The notes under the pieces are model-generated. The model ran no database searches, was not told the DNA's origin, and saw only the letters and a program-made list of their open reading frames with translations. A program made the translations under genes and the position numbers. Below, in pieces: positions 59,300-64,000 of a DNA stretch of 64,000 nt. Numbering within the stretch: the stretch's first letter is position 1; every line of letters begins with the position of its first letter. Source of the DNA: Candidatus Saccharimonadota bacterium (GTDB lineage: Bacteria > Patescibacteriota > Saccharimonadia > Saccharimonadales > Saccharimonadaceae); assembly GCA_017433855.1 (NCBI GenBank), contig JAFRGM010000004.1:18025-82024 (forward strand), in the 5' to 3' direction.

Positions 59300-61207
59300 A
59301 TGAATGCAAATGAAATTCGCCAAAGATTCTTAGATTTTCAAATAAAACACGGTCACACCGAGATTCAGCCGGCCCCCCTTGTTTTAGAGGGTGACCCCAC
59401 CACGCTTTTTACTGGTTCTGGTATGCAACCACTTCTACCATATTTGCTTGGCAAGGCTCACCCCATGGGTTCGCGGCTTACTGATTCGCAGCCTTCCATG
59501 CGTCTGCAAGATATCGAGGACATTGGCGACCCGCGGCATACTACAGTTTTTGAGATGCTTGGCAACTGGTCGCTGGGAGATTATTTCAAAAAAGAGCAAA
59601 TCTGCAATTTCTTTGAGTTTCTCACCAAAGAAATTGGTCTAGACCCCGAGCGAATTTATGTAACGTGTTTTATTGGTAACGAGAAATACGGCATTCCCAA
59701 AGATACCGAAGCTGCCGCTATCTGGCAGGAAGTTTTTGCCAGTGTTGGTATCGAAGCCAAAATTGCCGAAATTGGCTCTGCTAAGAACGGCGACAAGCGC
59801 GGAATCCGGCCGGGCGAGCGTATTTTCTTCTATGACGATCACGAAAACTGGTGGAGTCGTGGTGGCGGCATCGAATCCACTCCGCTAGGCGACCCTTGTG
59901 GCCCAGATTCTGAAGTTTTCTACGACTTTGGCGAAGATAAACAAGACGAGGCTAGGTATGGCCTAGCTCATCCCGCATCGGATGGCGCCCGCTTTATGGA
60001 AATCGGCAACCAAGTCTTTATGCAATATCGTCGTAAAGCAGATGGCACTTTCGAAGAACTCGAGCATAAAAATGTCGACTTTGGCGGCGGTTTGGAGCGT
60101 ATAGCAGCTGCTGCCATAGATAGTTTTGATGTCTTCAGGATTTCGCTAATGCAGCCAATCATCACCAAGCTTGAAGAAATCTCTGGCAAAAATTACGAAA
60201 ACAATACCGATGAAATGCGTGTCATCGCTGACCATATTCGCGGTGCTTATCTTTTGGCGGCTCAAGGACTTACTCCTTCCAACAAAACCCAGGGCTACGC
60301 TATGCGCCGCCTCATTCGCCGTGCTATTCTCCGCGCGCTAGACCTTGGCATCTCGGCTAATTTCCTTGCCGAAATCACCCCAATCGTTGCCGACAATTAT
60401 CAAGATTTACCAGATTCCATCCTTACTCATCGTGACCAAGCACTAGATGTGCTGCTAAAAGAAGAAAAAGCCTTCCGTCAGACTTTGAACAAGGGGATGC
60501 GTGAATTGAAAAAAATGGCTAGTAGTAGCCGCGAAGGTTCTTCTCAAGGGCTTTCTGGCTTTGACCTATTCAAGCTCCAAGACACCTATGGTTTTCCAAT
60601 GGAGGTGTCGGTCGAAGAATGTTATCGCGAGAATATCGACCTTACTCCCAACTACCGCGAAGAGTTTGAAGCTGCCCTGAAGGAGCAGCGTGAGCGCTCC
60701 CGTACAGCCAGCAAGGGTATGTTTAAGGGTGGCCTAGAAGACCACGGTGAAAAAACCGTCAAATATCACACCGCAACTCACCTGCTTTTGGCTGCTCTTC
60801 AAAAACACGTCAGCCCAGATATTTCTCAAAAAGGTAGCAATACTACCGCCGAGCGCACCCGCTTTGATTTTAACTGCGACCACAAACTCACTCCAGAAGA
60901 AATCGCGGCAGTAGAGTCGCAGGTCAACGCGTGGATTGCAGCCGATTTACCCGTAGTCTACGACGAATACGACAAAACTTACGCTCGTGATGTTTTGAAG
61001 GCTCACGGTCAATTTTGGGATAAATATCCCGACACCCTCAAAGTTTACACTATCGGCGATTTTGACTACCCCATCTCGCGTGAAGTCTGTGGTGGCCCGC
61101 ACGTGGAACACACCGGTGTTATTGGCCACTTCAAAATCGTCAAAGAAGAATCTAGCTCTGCCGGCGTTCGCCGCATCAAGGCCATCATCGAAGACGAGAA
61201 TGCTTAG
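59300..61207 (+). CDS. alaS: Alanine--tRNA ligase (short, no C-Ala domain)
   Basis: FEMLGNWS.GDYFK, DFGGGLER, HTATHLL, CGGPHV, GVRRIKA. Confidence 0.96.
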   Translation: MNANEIRQRFLDFQIKHGHTEIQPAPLVLEGDPTTLFTGSGMQPLLPYLLGKAHPMGSRLTDSQPSMRLQDIEDIGDPRHTTVFEMLGNWSLGDYFKKEQICNFFEFLTKEIGLDPERIYVTCFIGNEKYGIPKDTEAAAIWQEVFASVGIEAKIAEIGSAKNGDKRGIRPGERIFFYDDHENWWSRGGGIESTPLGDPCGPDSEVFYDFGEDKQDEARYGLAHPASDGARFMEIGNQVFMQYRRKADGTFEELEHKNVDFGGGLERIAAAAIDSFDVFRISLMQPIITKLEEISGKNYENNTDEMRVIADHIRGAYLLAAQGLTPSNKTQGYAMRRLIRRAILRALDLGISANFLAEITPIVADNYQDLPDSILTHRDQALDVLLKEEKAFRQTLNKGMRELKKMASSSREGSSQGLSGFDLFKLQDTYGFPMEVSVEECYRENIDLTPNYREEFEAALKEQRERSRTASKGMFKGGLEDHGEKTVKYHTATHLLLAALQKHVSPDISQKGSNTTAERTRFDFNCDHKLTPEEIAAVESQVNAWIAADLPVVYDEYDKTYARDVLKAHGQFWDKYPDTLKVYTIGDFDYPISREVCGGPHVEHTGVIGHFKIVKEESSSAGVRRIKAIIEDENA

Positions 61208-61230
61208 AGTAAAACAATAAGGAGGTAAAA

Positions 61231-61935
61231 ATGCAGGATTATGATTTAGTTAGCCCAGAATTAGTGGCTTATGTAAAGACTCAAATTTTCCCACGTTATG
61301 GCTCGGCTAACGGCCATGGCCTAGACCATATTCAGAATGTGATTCGCCGCTCTTTGAACTTTGCTAAGCGTATCAATAATGGCGAGATTTTAGTAACCCC
61401 ACAAGATTTTGCCAATCTTCCCTCGTCCCTTAATGATGGCAAGGTCAAATACGACATTTGTTTTGTTAGTGCAGCCTTCCATGACCTAGGGCGTGAGAAA
61501 AACAACAAATTGCACCATCTAATTTCAGCGGCCTGGTTTTTGGATGACGATTTTATGGATGAATTTTTCACGCGTGACGAGCTTCGTGTTGTGGCCGATG
61601 CCATTATGGACCACCGTGCCTCAAACGAGCTTAGCCCGATCACCATCTACGGCAAGATTGTCTCCAGTGCTGATCGCGACACAGATTATCGCGACATTTT
61701 AAGGCGTGCCTATGTCTACAATCGTCACAAAAATCCAGATTATACCGAAGACCAGACTCGTCAAAATGTTTACGATATAATCTGTGTCAAATTTGCCAAC
61801 GAAGATGCTTATGGTGCTAAAAAAATGTTTTTTGAGAACCCAGAATTCGATGCTATGATTATGAAGTTTCGTGAAATATGCAAAGACCGCGCCACTTTTG
61901 ATGCAGAGCTTAACGCTGCACTTGCCGAGAAATAG
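61231..61935 (+). CDS. HD domain phosphohydrolase
   Basis: HGLDH, FHD, DHRAS, SSAD; AGGAGG RBS. Confidence 0.85.
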   Translation: MQDYDLVSPELVAYVKTQIFPRYGSANGHGLDHIQNVIRRSLNFAKRINNGEILVTPQDFANLPSSLNDGKVKYDICFVSAAFHDLGREKNNKLHHLISAAWFLDDDFMDEFFTRDELRVVADAIMDHRASNELSPITIYGKIVSSADRDTDYRDILRRAYVYNRHKNPDYTEDQTRQNVYDIICVKFANEDAYGAKKMFFENPEFDAMIMKFREICKDRATFDAELNAALAEK

Positions 61936-61978
61936 CATACTATAACATATTTTGCTAAATTATGCTATAATAATAACT

Positions 61979-63127
61979 ATGATATATCTAGATCATGCGG
62001 CGGCAACGCCAGTGGACCCAAAAGTTTTTGAGGCGATGGAGCCATATTTTTTGCATGATTTCTTTAACCCTAGCGCAGCCTATTTGCCAGCCAAAAAGGT
62101 CGCGGCAGACTACGAAGCCGCCAAAGCAACGATTGCGCACGCTATCGGCGCCAAGTCTCACGACTTGATTATTACTGCTGGCGCCACCGAAGCTAACAAT
62201 CTTGCCCTGAGTAGTGTACTGCGTAGCGGAACCACTCCGCCAATTCTATATCTCTCCACCGAGCACGACTCGGTGCGTCGCGTGGCAGAACACTTCGGTG
62301 GCGAAGCTGTGCGAGTCGACAAAAACGGCCGCGTGGACATGGCGGATCTCAGAGCTAAGATTACTGATAGCACGGAGCTCATCTCGGTTGCTCTCGTCAA
62401 TGGCGAAATCGGTGTTATCCAGCCCCTTGCCGAAATCGCCGCGCTTATTCGCGAAATTCGCTACGACCGCCTGCGTCGTGGCATTAGGACTCAGCTTTTG
62501 CTTCATTCCGATGCATCGCAGGCTCTCAACCTCCTTGATATTAACGTGGCGCGCCTAGGCGTAGACCTGCTAACGATTAATTCTGCCAAAGTGTACGGCC
62601 CCAAAGGTGTAGGGGCGCTCTATGTTTCGCACGAGGCCAAACTCCGCCCTCAGATTTTGGGCGGTGGGCAAGAAAATGGCCTTCGTTCTGGCACCGAAAA
62701 TGTACCCGGTGTCATTGGCTTTGCGAAGGCTGTAGAACTCACCAAGGCCCACCTTACTTCTAATCGTAAAAAATATGCCGAGCTCAAGAGTCAACTCCTC
62801 GCTAATTTACAGGGGTACGAGCTTATAGTTTCCAAGCATCAACTTGACAATTTTGTCAATCTGTGCTATAATGGTATAGATGGAGAACGTTTAGTGTTCT
62901 TACTTGAAGAAAAAGCCGTTTATGTTGCTACGGGCGCCGCCTGTGCAGCTTCAAAGGGCGAAAAATCTCACGTCTTAAAAGCCTTAGGGCTAAACGACGC
63001 CCAGATTGCTGGCTCGCTTCGTCTCACTCTTGGTGCCACAAACACCAAAGAACAGATAATCACCGCCGCGCAGGTCATTAACGAAGTCGTATCTACTGAA
63101 TACGAGAGGGAGAGGCGATGCAAGTAG
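61979..63127 (+). CDS. iscS: Cysteine desulfurase
   Basis: IYLDHAAATP, GATEANN, K.YGPKG, RSGTEN, GAAC; adjacent to mnmA. Confidence 0.9.
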   Translation: MIYLDHAAATPVDPKVFEAMEPYFLHDFFNPSAAYLPAKKVAADYEAAKATIAHAIGAKSHDLIITAGATEANNLALSSVLRSGTTPPILYLSTEHDSVRRVAEHFGGEAVRVDKNGRVDMADLRAKITDSTELISVALVNGEIGVIQPLAEIAALIREIRYDRLRRGIRTQLLLHSDASQALNLLDINVARLGVDLLTINSAKVYGPKGVGALYVSHEAKLRPQILGGGQENGLRSGTENVPGVIGFAKAVELTKAHLTSNRKKYAELKSQLLANLQGYELIVSKHQLDNFVNLCYNGIDGERLVFLLEEKAVYVATGAACAASKGEKSHVLKALGLNDAQIAGSLRLTLGATNTKEQIITAAQVINEVVSTEYERERRCK

Positions 63128-64000
63128 TTGGCTCGAAACCATACGCGACCAACGTATCGCCTCGCTCTAAGGTTTTCGTTGGTATGTCTGGCGGCGTGGA
63201 CTCCAGCGTTTCTGCTGCGCTTTTGGTCGAGCAAGGCTACGACGTCACTGGCGTCTACATGAAAAACTGGAGTAAAGATTTACCAGGCATGAAGTGCCCT
63301 TGGGCGGAAGATTTGGCCGATGCCAAACGTGTAGCAGTCAAACTTGGGATTCCTTTTGAAGTTTGGGATTTTGAAGATGCCTACAAGCACAAAGTGGTGG
63401 ATTATATGCTGGCCGAGTTCAAAAAAGGCCACACCCCCAACCCAGATATTATGTGCAATGAGGAAATCAAATTTAAGCTTTTTTATGAAACTGCCATGGA
63501 GCACGGCGCAGATTATATCGCCACCGGCCACTACGCAAGGGTGGGGATGGCAGGCGGTACCAACTTATTGCGAGCGGTTGATGAGAATAAGGATCAAACC
63601 TACTTTTTGTATCGCATCTCAAACGAAGCTTTGGCTCATACGCTCTTCCCGATTGGTGGTATGCTAAAACCAGACGTTAAGAAACTCGCCGCCGAAAAAG
63701 GCCTACATAATGCCTACAAGAAAGAATCTATGGGCGTATGTTTTGTAGGTGAAGTTGGCATGAAGGATTTTTTGAAAGAGTATATTGATATTAAGCCTGG
63801 TGAAATTCGTGAAGCCGAGACAGAAAAAGTCCTGGGCTATCATGAAGGCGCAATTTTTTACACCATTGGTCAGCGCCATGGACTTTATCTAAGTGGCAAT
63901 AAAGGCGAAGTTAATACTGGCCTCCCATATTATGTCGTAGCCAAAGACCTCGACCGCAACATTATCTACGTCTCCCGTAATCTTAACCACTCCGCCATTT
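63118..64000 (+). CDS. mnmA: tRNA-specific 2-thiouridylase (partial, runs off window end)
   Basis: Manual translation: VFVGMSGGVDSS, TPNPDIMCNEEIKF, IATGHY, KDQTYFL, ESMGVCFVG. Confidence 0.96.
   Translation, partial: MQVVGSKPYATNVSPRSKVFVGMSGGVDSSVSAALLVEQGYDVTGVYMKNWSKDLPGMKCPWAEDLADAKRVAVKLGIPFEVWDFEDAYKHKVVDYMLAEFKKGHTPNPDIMCNEEIKFKLFYETAMEHGADYIATGHYARVGMAGGTNLLRAVDENKDQTYFLYRISNEALAHTLFPIGGMLKPDVKKLAAEKGLHNAYKKESMGVCFVGEVGMKDFLKEYIDIKPGEIREAETEKVLGYHEGAIFYTIGQRHGLYLSGNKGEVNTGLPYYVVAKDLDRNIIYVSRNLNHSAI

Noticed and set aside
59300-61207. Short AlaS, ProS, UvrC and SmpB as pseudogenes
   Set aside because: Catalytic motifs intact with clean stops; short forms are expected in reduced CPR genomes

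Overview
Core-genome window from a small-genome bacterium, most likely Candidatus Saccharibacteria (TM7/Patescibacteria). This is inferred from short AlaS/ProS/UvrC/SmpB forms, rpsB-tsf-frr-uppS-rseP without pyrH/cdsA, PEGA/DUF3048/sortase/WxL-like surface genes and UGA used as stop. It holds about 55 CDS (uvrB, pth, der, gltX, xth, smpB, dnaE, galU, lysS, greA, proS, rpsB, tsf, frr, rpmE2, znuACB, secG, uvrC, eno, alaS, iscS, mnmA and others) and three tRNAs. No RT, integrase, transposase, rRNA or CRISPR is visible. Main discoveries: (1) Two distant paralogous secreted genes (23659-25332, 48681-50333) have C-terminal regions with the codon signature of diversity-generating-retroelement variable repeats, yet no TR or RT lies in the window. 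(2) Both genes share a ~190-210 nt structured 5' leader with compensatory stems, an alternative pairing and a putative pseudoknot next to the RBS. (3) Two tRNAs carry miniature duplications of their 3' end plus terminator, capped by the same GAA-triloop hairpin design. (4) Several stand-alone + strand genes look like self-contained cassettes, three sharing CGCACCTTAA just before the terminator. Also found: a RuvX-MltG fusion, pervasive leaderless genes, orphan antisense promoters and one frameshifted gene. All family assignments come from motif recognition by eye; no searches were run.
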